A stretch of DNA of 52,509 nt from a virus (lineage: Duplodnaviria > Caudoviricetes), in IMG/VR virus record IMGVR_UViG_3300031576_000060, positions 1 to 52,509 of that record. The stretch is one strand, 5' to 3'. Under the pieces are notes generated by a model, which was not told the origin of the DNA, did not search any database, and worked only from the letters and a program-made list of their open reading frames with translations. Made by a program: the position numbers and the translations under genes. Shown one piece after another: positions 1-8,560 of the stretch (its first letter is position 1; every line of letters begins with the position of its first letter).

Positions 1-115
1 CGCAGTACAGCTCGCGGGCCAACACGACGGCCCACGGGCCAAAGCCTTCGGCCGGGTTGGCGATCGCGTCGCCCCTCAAGAACGTGGCGATCTCGGCGAA
101 TCGCGCGTCCGTCAT
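1..115 (-). CDS. hypothetical protein, partial (runs off window start)
   Basis: ATG at 115 overlaps the TGA of the upstream ORF (ATGA coupling); open frame MTDARFAEIATFLRGDAIANPAEGFGPW... Confidence 0.5.
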   Translation of the reverse strand, partial: MTDARFAEIATFLRGDAIANPAEGFGPWAVVLARELYC

Positions 116-402
116 GGCGGGCAGGTCTCGTGTCCCAAGTTGGTCTCGTCGATCCTCGCGAGCCTGGCGTACTCGGCTTCCTCACGGCGCGCCCGCTCTT
201 CAGCCGCCTGGGCGACCTGCTTGCGCTCTTGCTCACGGGCGGCCCGCGCCTGTTTGGCCGGCATCTTGAGCAGGCCAGCATCCCGCTCTTCCTCGGGGCC
301 AGCGTTCGGGCGAGCGAGCAAACGGTCGGCCTGTCCGCATCGCGCGCACGACTTGCCGTGGCCGCGGTGGCCGCATGGGTGCGTTCTACGTGTTGCCGGC
401 AT
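112..402 (-). CDS. hypothetical protein with N-terminal Cys/His cluster
   Basis: 96-aa ORF with HPCGHRGHGKSCARC; AGGAGAGG 5' of the ATG; coupled to the next gene. Confidence 0.55.
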   Translation of the reverse strand: MPATRRTHPCGHRGHGKSCARCGQADRLLARPNAGPEEERDAGLLKMPAKQARAAREQERKQVAQAAEERARREEAEYARLARIDETNLGHETCPP

Positions 403-441
403 CCCCGACCCTCTCCTGGCAGCAGCGGCACAACGGTCGCG

Positions 442-3400
442 TCATCGGTTCCGGAATTCCTTCTCGTCGAACACCTCGTCGCGCAGGAACCCGTACAGCT
501 CGGCATCCCGTTCGAGCAGGCCCCACGGATCGTTCACGTATGCGGTCGCGCTCTCGACGAACATGTCGCGTGGTCCCAGCTCGGCGGTCCGGTTGATGAA
601 TCGGTTTCGCTCGCTCCCGGTCGTCCCCTCGGGCTGGACATACCGGCCATCTAGCGTCCAGACGGGGCGGTCGCGCCGCCACATCAGGATCGTCTTGAGA
701 TCCCTAGCGGCAATTCCGACACCTGTCAAGACTTTTTCGAGCTTGTCGTCCGGAGCCTCGCGCAACCGCTTCTCTAGCGCGACCGTCGGGATCTCATCGA
801 CCATCTGACGGCGCATCATCGTGAACGGATCGAACGTCTTGAGCAACGTCTCGATCGTATCGGCCGAAAGGTTGGCGGGCCCGACCTCGTCGCGCGCGTG
901 CATCCTGTCCATCGCGCGCCGGACACCAGCGTCCTCGTCGTACACGCGTGCCGCCCACCCGCGCAACACAGCGGCCGAAATGGTGTTGCCGTCATCCGCG
1001 GAGAACTGGCTGACAAGCAACCGGTTATCGGGCGTTGTCCAGGCCGTCACCTGTCCAACGACCGGCTCGGGCAAGTCGGCCGCCGCCTTGAATTCGTCGG
1101 TCTGACCGACGTCCCGAACGAACCGCAGCTCGACCGGCTGGAACTGCTGGTAGGGGGTTGCGCGGATGACGTCGAGCGTCTCCTTGATCTCGTCCTCGTG
1201 CTCGACCGGAACGTCGTGTAGCTCAATCCCGTAGAAAGTTGCGTAATCTTGAGCCACGTCCTCCATCTCAAGGCGGCTCCGATCGAAGACGGTCTGGCCG
1301 GGCGCGAACCGCTCGGGCTCGTCGCGGTACATCTGCTCCATCGATTCGAGCGTGACGTGCGAGATCACTGGTGAAGGCCAGCAGTTATGAACGCCGAATG
1401 GATCCCCACCCTCGGCAGCTCTCACGAGGAAGTTGTGGCTTTCTGTACCGATGTCGCAGAAGACTTCGGGCGGCTCGATATCAGGCTCAACAACGGCCTG
1501 CACGACCGAAGGATAGCCAACGTCCTGTCGGCCCGGATGTCGTGCTCCCAGAGCCGCAACATCGTCCAGCCAGCTTGCTCGGTCATCGCGGTGATCTCCG
1601 CATCCTTGACTTTCGGCAGTCTGCCCGGAAAACAAGTTGGGCAATTGTGCCAGTGACAACCGTCCACTTCGACCGCGACATGAGCAGCATCCACCAGAAT
1701 GTCGATCTGTGACCTCGCTCGATACCCCACCGCACCTGGAACAGAAGCATGTTTCCTGAACTGGATCCCCAAGGACACCAACGTCCGCTGAACGAGTATT
1801 TCTGGGAGGGTATCCTTCAACGGGATCTTGTATTTGCTCCGATCGATCGACTTCCGCTCGCGTAGATCCGGATCGGTCGCGTAGCGCGCACGCAATCCTT
1901 CCGACACCTTGCGGCGCCACGTCTTGGAAGCGTGCACGCAACGCAAAGCTGAAATCATCAGCTCCCCGCTGAGCTTCCAACGGTCCGAAAGTTGAGCCGA
2001 TCTGACGCCCTTCAGCATCGGATCCCGCGCATACCGCCGAAGGATGCCTTCCCGTTGACGTTGAGCCCACTCCTCCTTCGAGAGCTTCGGTTTGACCGGG
2101 CGCTTGAACCGTTGCGCCCCATGGACTTTGCACCCATGCGTAGCGAGAGCCCGATGACTTTGGAAGGCCCGTGGGCACAAGCTGCACTGAACCAACAGAT
2201 CCGAAGCCACCTGACATGCGCGTACTTTGATGCGATGGGTCGCGAGTTGCTGGGGGTTCGGGAACCGCGCCCCACACGCGCCGCACGAGACGCCGACCCG
2301 TCCGGACCTCACCGGCGGGCGCCCACTCTTCTTCGGTCCAGACCTCATGGTCGATCGTCAGTGGCACACCGAGCACACGAACGACAGGTACGTTGGCCTT
2401 GATGTCGTGTCGTTTGTGGAACCGGGTGACCTGCGTCACTTTACTCCAGCTATTCATCATGTCGAGGACGCGATCACCAACGGAAACGGACTCGATCGGC
2501 ACCCAGCCACGATCGAAAGTGCAGACCTCAGCTCCAGCTCCTACACACCTGCATTGTGGATGGGTCAGCGTGCTCAACGGGTACCGCCCCCCTTCCGACA
2601 AGAGCGTTTCGATCGAGTGCTCGGTGCCATCGAGCGCCAGGCAGATCGTGCAGGTCCGCTGTTCGGCCGTATGGCTGTTGAACTTGACCTTGGTGAACCC
2701 CTGCTCGCGATACCCGGTCAACGTCGACAGCCAGTAGGCGTTGGCCGTCTCGGTCCTGGTGATCCGTTGGACCCGCCACAGCATGTTGTCGTAGAGCGAC
2801 TTGATCTCTTCTTTCAGGACCTTCCGGTCGTCGATCGCCTCCTCCAACTTGCGGCGCTCCTGCCGGATGATCTCGTTGGCCATCGCGGTCGGATTTTTGG
2901 CCGCGGCACCCGGCCGGCTCAACGCCTCCAGGATGTCGCGCTTCATCTGCTGGTCCGTGATGCTCTTGACCTTCCCGAGAGCGGTCTGGCGCAGGCGGGC
3001 AAGCTGAGCCTGCTCTTCGAGCGTGTCGATCGACTGGGCACGCCGCCTGGGCTCCCGCTTGTCGAACCCGGTCAACCGGTAGCTGTGCTCGCGGGCCCCC
3101 ACGTACAGCCCATTGAACCCGCTGGCCCACGCGTCCGCATCGACGTTGCCGAGTTGCCGGGCGACCGAGAGGCGCACGTACTCGGCGAACACGTCGTCCG
3201 TGATGGGCAAGCCGCGGTCGAGCGACTCCTCGATCGTGCTCCACAGCGACTCGAACGTTCGCCCCCACCCCTCGACCACCAGGTTCTCCAACTGCTTGAT
3301 GTACCGCTTGGACGTCGGGTCGATGCGGGACTGCCAGAGGGCCCGCTGCCAGTCGGTCCTCGACTCGTAGTTGGTCGGATCGCCGTGGACCGGATCCTGT

Positions 3401-3465
3401 ATGGTGGTGTCGCGGCGGGCGTGCAGATGGTGGTGCGGGTGGCCCGCGTCGCACGCGGCCGCCAT
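442..3465 (-). CDS. MuF/SPP1 gp7-like minor head (head morphogenesis) protein, intein-containing, with C-terminal extension
   Basis: RITRTETANAY, RTCTICLALDG and HPQCR|C motifs typical of the MuF domain; lies directly downstream of the portal gene. Start taken at ATG 3465 because the track start at 3543 overlaps the portal gene. Confidence 0.85.
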   Translation of the reverse strand: MAAACDAGHPHHHLHARRDTTIQDPVHGDPTNYESRTDWQRALWQSRIDPTSKRYIKQLENLVVEGWGRTFESLWSTIEESLDRGLPITDDVFAEYVRLSVARQLGNVDADAWASGFNGLYVGAREHSYRLTGFDKREPRRRAQSIDTLEEQAQLARLRQTALGKVKSITDQQMKRDILEALSRPGAAAKNPTAMANEIIRQERRKLEEAIDDRKVLKEEIKSLYDNMLWRVQRITRTETANAYWLSTLTGYREQGFTKVKFNSHTAEQRTCTICLALDGTEHSIETLLSEGGRYPLSTLTHPQCRCVGAGAEVCTFDRGWVPIESVSVGDRVLDMMNSWSKVTQVTRFHKRHDIKANVPVVRVLGVPLTIDHEVWTEEEWAPAGEVRTGRRLVRRVWGAVPEPPATRDPSHQSTRMSGGFGSVGSVQLVPTGLPKSSGSRYAWVQSPWGATVQAPGQTEALEGGVGSTSTGRHPSAVCAGSDAEGRQIGSTFGPLEAQRGADDFSFALRARFQDVAPQGVGRIACALRDRSGSTRAEVDRSEQIQDPVEGYPPRNTRSADVGVLGDPVQETCFCSRCGGVSSEVTDRHSGGCCSCRGRSGRLSLAQLPNLFSGQTAESQGCGDHRDDRASWLDDVAALGARHPGRQDVGYPSVVQAVVEPDIEPPEVFCDIGTESHNFLVRAAEGGDPFGVHNCWPSPVISHVTLESMEQMYRDEPERFAPGQTVFDRSRLEMEDVAQDYATFYGIELHDVPVEHEDEIKETLDVIRATPYQQFQPVELRFVRDVGQTDEFKAAADLPEPVVGQVTAWTTPDNRLLVSQFSADDGNTISAAVLRGWAARVYDEDAGVRRAMDRMHARDEVGPANLSADTIETLLKTFDPFTMMRRQMVDEIPTVALEKRLREAPDDKLEKVLTGVGIAARDLKTILMWRRDRPVWTLDGRYVQPEGTTGSERNRFINRTAELGPRDMFVESATAYVNDPWGLLERDAELYGFLRDEVFDEKEFRNR
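1384..2547 (-). mobile_element. intein (388 aa) in the MuF gene, inserted in the HPQCR/C motif
   Basis: Starts CVGAGAEVCT...VPIESVSVGDRV (block A); LTIDHEVW (block B); FCDIGTESHNFLV (block F); ends GVHN followed by Cys. Splicing restores HPQCRCW. Confidence 0.9.
1422..2348 (-). CDS. Vsr/DUF559-like endonuclease with two C2H2-type zinc fingers, nested in the +1 frame inside the MuF intein
   Basis: CGACGARFPNPQQLATH and CSLCPRAFQSHRALATHGCKVH fingers; IDILV...VAVEVDGCHWHNC...KD...GWTMLRLWEHDI matches the Vsr-like nuclease pattern. Confidence 0.85.
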   Translation of the reverse strand: MRSGPKKSGRPPVRSGRVGVSCGACGARFPNPQQLATHRIKVRACQVASDLLVQCSLCPRAFQSHRALATHGCKVHGAQRFKRPVKPKLSKEEWAQRQREGILRRYARDPMLKGVRSAQLSDRWKLSGELMISALRCVHASKTWRRKVSEGLRARYATDPDLRERKSIDRSKYKIPLKDTLPEILVQRTLVSLGIQFRKHASVPGAVGYRARSQIDILVDAAHVAVEVDGCHWHNCPTCFPGRLPKVKDAEITAMTEQAGWTMLRLWEHDIRADRTLAILRSCRPLLSLISSRPKSSATSVQKATTSS

Positions 3466-3487
3466 GGCGACGCGGCCCTGGTCTACC

Positions 3488-6400
3488 TCAGCCTCGACCG
3501 CCCCGGGGACCGCGTCGAAAGGGATTGGTGGAACCGCCGCCACCCCCTGGAGCGGCTAGATTGCCGGCACCAACCAGCACCGAAAGGCTCGCGCGACCCC
3601 CGAGCAGCGACCCGTTCGATCGCCCGTTCGACCGGGCCTTCCGGCCGCTGAACGCTCGGGCGAACGCGTCGCCCGCGTCCTCATCGCTGTCGATCCCGTG
3701 CTCCGGGAGCGCGTCGTAGATGTTGCGCGCGACGTCCTCGGACGCCGCCTCCAACACGCCCTCCAGCACCAGGATCTTGCGCAGGCTCCCGACGTCTTCG
3801 TCCGGGTAACCCTGCTGCTCCAGGTAGAGCTGGAGGTCGTCCCACGCCTCCTCGTAGTCGTCGCGCTCGACCGCCCCGATGAACCGGGGGGTCGCCGCCT
3901 CCGCCCAGAACGCCTCGTCCGACTGGCCCGTCCGGAACAGTTGGACGACCGCATCGATCTCCCCCTTGGTCCAGTTGCCGTCTCGCGGACGCTCGGGCGC
4001 CTCGACCGCTTCCTCGGGGGGCGGTTGGGCGGGCATGGGACGCCTGATGATCGCGTCGGGGGCGGCCTGCTGGACCTGCTGGGTCGGTTGAGCGGGCGGG
4101 AGGGCGGGGGTCTGGGGCGTGGTGCCGGGCCTTGGGGGCGGCTGGAGGGCGGGCGGACCACCCGGCTGCCCTCGACCCGGAGCCTGCTGGCCGGGCTGCT
4201 GCTGGTCGCTCGGCTGCATGCCGGTCGGCCCCTGGCCCGCCGGCCCCAGCTCCTCCTCGAACTTCTGGCGCTCCTTCGCCTCCAGCACCTCTTCCTGGAG
4301 CGACGACTTCATCTCGTCTTCGTGCTTGAGCCCGACGGCCGCCAGCTTCGTCTTCTTGCTGATCTTGACGCCGATCCTCTCCAGGCTCTCGTACGCGCCA
4401 ATCAGCTCGCGGTCGACGTACGGGTCGAGCTTCTTGTCCCAGTCGATCTTGGGGACGATGTAGCGGGAATCGTCTTCCAGCTCCTGGGCGGTCCGCCGGA
4501 CCCGGACGCGATGCGACAGCTCCGCCTTGGTCGGCTTGACGAACTCGTTGATCTCGGCGATCGGCCGGAAGAACTTGGGCGAGATCCACTTGGACTCGAA
4601 GTAGCCGCGGAGCGCGAGGAGCCGCTGGAGGAACACCTGCAAGCCCGTGATGCTCGACGCGTACGTGACCTCGCCATGCAGGAACGACTTCGACACACCC
4701 AGCCCAACCAGCTTGATGCGTTCCAACGTTTCCCATTCACGTCCAACCGAGATGACCCGGTCGGTCGTGCCGAACGCCTCGAACTGGACGCCGAAGTGGT
4801 AGACGATCCAGGCGAGGGGATCGAGTTCTGCTTGCGCGAGCAGCTCCAACAGACGCTTCTCGTGTTCGGGGCCCGGAATCCATCCGGTCTGAGGATTGCC
4901 GATCTTGGCGATGCGGAGAGGGCCGGCGTGCCGCCTGGCCGTCGCGATCGTTGCGCTGTTGAACGTGCCGATCCCATCGGCGAGGTAGCTGTGGTCGCCC
5001 GAGACCGTCAGGTTGTAGACGGGCCCGTCGTAGGGCTCGTCCTCGATCCGCTTGATCGGAACGTATACGTAGTCGTCGTCGATCCACGCCTTCGACCACG
5101 CGTTCGAGCGCTCGCCGCGATCGAATCGCTCGCCCCATACGAGTGCGAGGGCCTGGTCGGCGAATTGACCCTTGAGCAACATGATGTGGAGGGTCGATGG
5201 TGTCTTCCTCTCCTTGCCGCCTGGCAACAGGCCGGTCGATTGATGGACCCGTCTGGTCGCGTACATGCCGAGCTGGACGAGCACCAAGAACACCTGGTCG
5301 ACCAGATCCTCGGACGTACTCGCGAACGACACGTTGAAGCTGGCGGTTCGACCGGAGCGTGCTGGCCTCGACCAACGGCTTCCATCTCCACGGAACAACC
5401 CCCGGACGAACTCTTCCTTGAGAGCTACGGGCCACCGCATGAAATCAGCGGACAACCGCTTAGTCTTGGCGCCGGTACCACCGTTCTCGATCAGGAAATC
5501 GACAAGGGACCTATCCTCGTACCGCTGCAACGTGACGGTGCATCCGTTGTTACCGGTTCGATAGACCGCGGCTGTGTGGCCGAGCTGGCCGCAGAGCTGC
5601 TTGACGTCCTCCGCCCATGTCTCGATCTCGTGTATGCCAAACGCCCACTGGATGCCAACCCCCTTGTCGTTGAGGTTGCGGGGCGACCCTTCGCTCACGT
5701 AGTAGCCTAGCAACCTGGCACGGGCTCGATTCTCGGCGGTCACAGCTATATCGAGCGCGTCAAACGTTCGCGGAACCATGAAGTAATCGCCCGCGCGCAG
5801 CTCATCGGCGCGAAGCTCCTGCATGGGCTCGTACGCGACTGGGACACATCGCTTGCTCGAACGGAGACGCATCCGCACGAGCCCGTATGTTTTGCGCTCG
5901 ACAGGCTGCCCCTTCGTCCCGTGCGTCTTGATGTAGCTCGATGGCCACTTGACTGAAGCACCACACCCGCACTGGCACACGCGCGGGTACGCCCACACCG
6001 GGAACCGGTGGCCTGGCGTGCATCTGATCTCGTGCTTTCCGTACAGCGTAACCCGCTTGATCGTGCTCGCAGGCTCAGCCCACTGGTTCTCAACAATCGC
6101 GACCTTGCCATGACGGTCGAGGACACGCGTCCCCTTCTTAATGTCCTCAACGTTCGTCGTCGTCCCATCCGCCATCGTGATGCAAGTACCTGGAATCATG
6201 CAGAAAACGGCGTCCTCCAACATGAGAACGCGCCAGAGCCGCGAGATGATCGAGGTACCACGCACATCGTACGGGTGAAGCTTGCGCGGGATGAACGTGC
6301 AGTTGAGCGAATCGAGCGGGAGGTTCTGGCGGGACAGCAACCGACCCAACAGCTCGGGCGGGAGCTGCGCCTTGACCCGCTGGACCAACGGGTCCCCCGA

Positions 6401-7144
6401 ACTGAGGAGCGCGCGAAGCCGCTGGTCCGGGATCAGCTCGACGATCGGCTCCATCCGGATGAACGGCGCGTCGATCACCTCGATGTTGTCGGGGTTGTGG
6501 AGGGTACAGTAGTCCCACATGCGAGCATCGTCGTCGTACATCAGGTGGGGGATCGCTTCCCCCACCACCATGAACTCGCGGACGATGTAGGGGAGGAGCG
6601 CGAGCAACTCGATCTTCTCGCACATCCGCTCGAAGTGGTCCTTGACCTCCCCGTCCACTCCCTCGCCGGTCAACTGGAACCCGCTCCACGGCATCTCGCT
6701 GAACAGGTCGATGCAGTTGCCGATCACCGGATCGAGCTTGTGGAACAGGCGCCAATACCGGTTCGCCAGGATCCGGTGGACCGGGTACTGCTGGCGGTCC
6801 GGGCTAGCGAACTCGGGCTGGTATGGGGTCTGCGCTGAGATGAGGTTGCCGGCGCCCGGGTTGGTGGCGCCCGGGACCACCTGGCCGAACCGACGGAACG
6901 GCGACGGGGTCGCGCCGATCCGCCGGAAGTCGTCCTCCAGCAGGCCGGTCCGCTGGGCCGATGGATCGCCCGAGACAATGCTTGGCAGCATCCCATCGAG
7001 CCGCCGGTTCATCGCGTCCATCTGGGCGGCGGTAAAGACGGGGCCGTCTTCACCGCGGAACGGGTTGCGCGCTTCACCGCGGAACGGGTTGCGGGCGGCC
7101 TGCCGCCGAGGATCTCCTGACCCGCCTGGGATGATGAGCGACAT
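3488..7144 (-). CDS. portal protein (large-phage type), intein-containing, with Pro/Gln-rich linker and acidic C-terminal domain
   Basis: DPVIGNCIDLFSEMP, REFMVVGEA, YDVRGTSII, GEVTYAS motifs resemble phage portals; located between terL and MuF; GGGAG SD before ATG 7144. Confidence 0.75.
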   Translation of the reverse strand: MSLIIPGGSGDPRRQAARNPFRGEARNPFRGEDGPVFTAAQMDAMNRRLDGMLPSIVSGDPSAQRTGLLEDDFRRIGATPSPFRRFGQVVPGATNPGAGNLISAQTPYQPEFASPDRQQYPVHRILANRYWRLFHKLDPVIGNCIDLFSEMPWSGFQLTGEGVDGEVKDHFERMCEKIELLALLPYIVREFMVVGEAIPHLMYDDDARMWDYCTLHNPDNIEVIDAPFIRMEPIVELIPDQRLRALLSSGDPLVQRVKAQLPPELLGRLLSRQNLPLDSLNCTFIPRKLHPYDVRGTSIISRLWRVLMLEDAVFCMIPGTCITMADGTTTNVEDIKKGTRVLDRHGKVAIVENQWAEPASTIKRVTLYGKHEIRCTPGHRFPVWAYPRVCQCGCGASVKWPSSYIKTHGTKGQPVERKTYGLVRMRLRSSKRCVPVAYEPMQELRADELRAGDYFMVPRTFDALDIAVTAENRARARLLGYYVSEGSPRNLNDKGVGIQWAFGIHEIETWAEDVKQLCGQLGHTAAVYRTGNNGCTVTLQRYEDRSLVDFLIENGGTGAKTKRLSADFMRWPVALKEEFVRGLFRGDGSRWSRPARSGRTASFNVSFASTSEDLVDQVFLVLVQLGMYATRRVHQSTGLLPGGKERKTPSTLHIMLLKGQFADQALALVWGERFDRGERSNAWSKAWIDDDYVYVPIKRIEDEPYDGPVYNLTVSGDHSYLADGIGTFNSATIATARRHAGPLRIAKIGNPQTGWIPGPEHEKRLLELLAQAELDPLAWIVYHFGVQFEAFGTTDRVISVGREWETLERIKLVGLGVSKSFLHGEVTYASSITGLQVFLQRLLALRGYFESKWISPKFFRPIAEINEFVKPTKAELSHRVRVRRTAQELEDDSRYIVPKIDWDKKLDPYVDRELIGAYESLERIGVKISKKTKLAAVGLKHEDEMKSSLQEEVLEAKERQKFEEELGPAGQGPTGMQPSDQQQPGQQAPGRGQPGGPPALQPPPRPGTTPQTPALPPAQPTQQVQQAAPDAIIRRPMPAQPPPEEAVEAPERPRDGNWTKGEIDAVVQLFRTGQSDEAFWAEAATPRFIGAVERDDYEEAWDDLQLYLEQQGYPDEDVGSLRKILVLEGVLEAASEDVARNIYDALPEHGIDSDEDAGDAFARAFSGRKARSNGRSNGSLLGGRASLSVLVGAGNLAAPGGGGGSTNPFRRGPRGGRG
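4958..6202 (-). mobile_element. intein (415 aa) with in-frame LAGLIDADG homing endonuclease in the portal gene
   Basis: Starts CMIPGTCITMADG; CTPGHRF (block B); LLGYYVSEGS and FVRGLFRGDGS LAGLIDADG motifs; VYNLTVSGDHSYLADGIGTFN followed by Ser. Confidence 0.92.
7048..7093. repeat. tandem duplication with 24-nt period (RNPFRGE x2) in the portal N-terminus
   Basis: cttcaccgcggaacgggttgcg occurs at 7048-7069 and 7072-7093. Confidence 0.9.
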
Positions 7145-7175
7145 CGTTTGGCTCCCGGACTCTACCGCATCCCCG

Positions 7176-7829
7176 TCAGTAGGGGGTCCCGTACTTGTCA
7201 TGGAATCGCTTGAGCGTTTCCTCCGACCCGTCGTCCCGCCACTTCATCATGATGACGTGGCCGATCTCGTGGCCGAGCGCCGACCGATCGAGTGGGTCGA
7301 CCCGCGCGACCATCATGGATTCGCCGGATCCGGACGTCAGCCCCATCCACTTGAAGCCGGGCCGGACGTGCATGGAGAAGGGCGCGGTGGCCCACCGGAC
7401 CACGACACCTCGAACGGCTGGGCGGACGACCGGTAGCTCGCGACCAGTGTGGATCGCTCGCTGGACCGCGGTCTTGAGCTGCTTGAATGCAGCCTCCCGC
7501 TCCAGCTCGACCGCCTTCTCCCACAACTGCACGACCCGTTCGGTCTCCTTCTCGACGAACACGCGGATCGGCGTCCACTCCGACTGCATGACGACGAGCC
7601 CGTGGGACGTCACGTACGCGATCGCGCGCGCGAACGCGAGCCGCCGGCCCACCAGCGCGGCGTACACGAACGCGAACCCCAGCGCCATCGCACCCGTCAC
7701 CAGCTTGCCGACCAGCGGGTTGCCAGGCGTCACCGCCACCCCGACGGTCAGGGCGGCCGCCAAGATGACGGGCAGGCCGAACGTCAGGAAGTCGATCCAG
7801 CGGAGCACACGAAATTGGTACTGGCTCAT
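7176..7829 (-). CDS. membrane protein with C-terminal HExxH zinc-metallopeptidase motif
   Basis: MSQYQF start overlaps the upstream stop (ATGA); two hydrophobic segments; ALGHEIGHVI. Confidence 0.7.
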   Translation of the reverse strand: MSQYQFRVLRWIDFLTFGLPVILAAALTVGVAVTPGNPLVGKLVTGAMALGFAFVYAALVGRRLAFARAIAYVTSHGLVVMQSEWTPIRVFVEKETERVVQLWEKAVELEREAAFKQLKTAVQRAIHTGRELPVVRPAVRGVVVRWATAPFSMHVRPGFKWMGLTSGSGESMMVARVDPLDRSALGHEIGHVIMMKWRDDGSEETLKRFHDKYGTPY

Positions 7830-8374
7830 TTCGAGTCCTCTTGGGCGTACGCGCTCTCTTCGTGCTGGCTGCCGCGGTACGGGTTCTCGCCGCGCAACCA
7901 CGCGACCGCCCACCCGCACGTCCCCATCGCGATGTAGCCGAACGTCCAGATCGCGGCCGCGAGAACATGGTGGTGGGTCGCGATCGCGACCGCCACGCCC
8001 GCCAAGAACGACCGGAGCATCGCCTCTTCGCACTGCTCGACGTGGACGTGCTCGTGCCGCTGAATCCGGAGGTAGTGCTCGGGCGCGCCCCTGAGCGCAT
8101 GACCAGGCCCGTAGAAGATGGCGTGCCCGAGTGTCGTGGCGCCCCACGTCCGCCACGAGCCATCCGCGCGCTTCTCGTACTTGCCGTCGACCTTGTGGCG
8201 GTACCAGCTCCTCGCGGGCCACGAGTCCTTGCGGAGCTGGCAGACGAGCGCCTCGTCCTCCCAGCGAAGGTGCTCGCCCCAGAACAACCGGATCAACAAG
8301 ATGGCGGGCCAGCCGACCAGCAAATCGTTCGGCAGCGCGACCAAGAAGGTCACGAGTCTACGGAGCCACTTCAT
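7826..8374 (-). CDS. membrane-associated HExxH protein (putative zinc metallopeptidase)
   Basis: Hydrophobic N-terminus; ATTLGHAIFY, RHEHVHVEQCE, NPY...HEESAY. Confidence 0.7.
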   Translation of the reverse strand: MKWLRRLVTFLVALPNDLLVGWPAILLIRLFWGEHLRWEDEALVCQLRKDSWPARSWYRHKVDGKYEKRADGSWRTWGATTLGHAIFYGPGHALRGAPEHYLRIQRHEHVHVEQCEEAMLRSFLAGVAVAIATHHHVLAAAIWTFGYIAMGTCGWAVAWLRGENPYRGSQHEESAYAQEDSK

Positions 8375-8550
8375 AGCGGGTTCTGGGCGACGACCGCCGC
8401 TTCCGCGGTCCTCGCCTCCTCTTCGGTGGCGGCGCCCGCCCGCGCCGCCGCAATCAACTTGCCGCGGTCACGGTGCTGCTGGCACCGTGGGCAGAAGTAG
8501 GTCGGGGGATCGGTCACCGGCAGGGTCGTCAACTTGCAAATCGGGCACAT
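8371..8550 (-). CDS. 59-aa zinc-ribbon protein (not in ORF track)
   Basis: GGAGA SD; MCPICKLTTLPVTDPPTYFCPRCQQH...; its stop overlaps the next ATG (ATGA). Confidence 0.65.
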   Translation of the reverse strand: MCPICKLTTLPVTDPPTYFCPRCQQHRDRGKLIAAARAGAATEEEARTAEAAVVAQNPL

Positions 8551-8560
8551 GGTCTATCTC

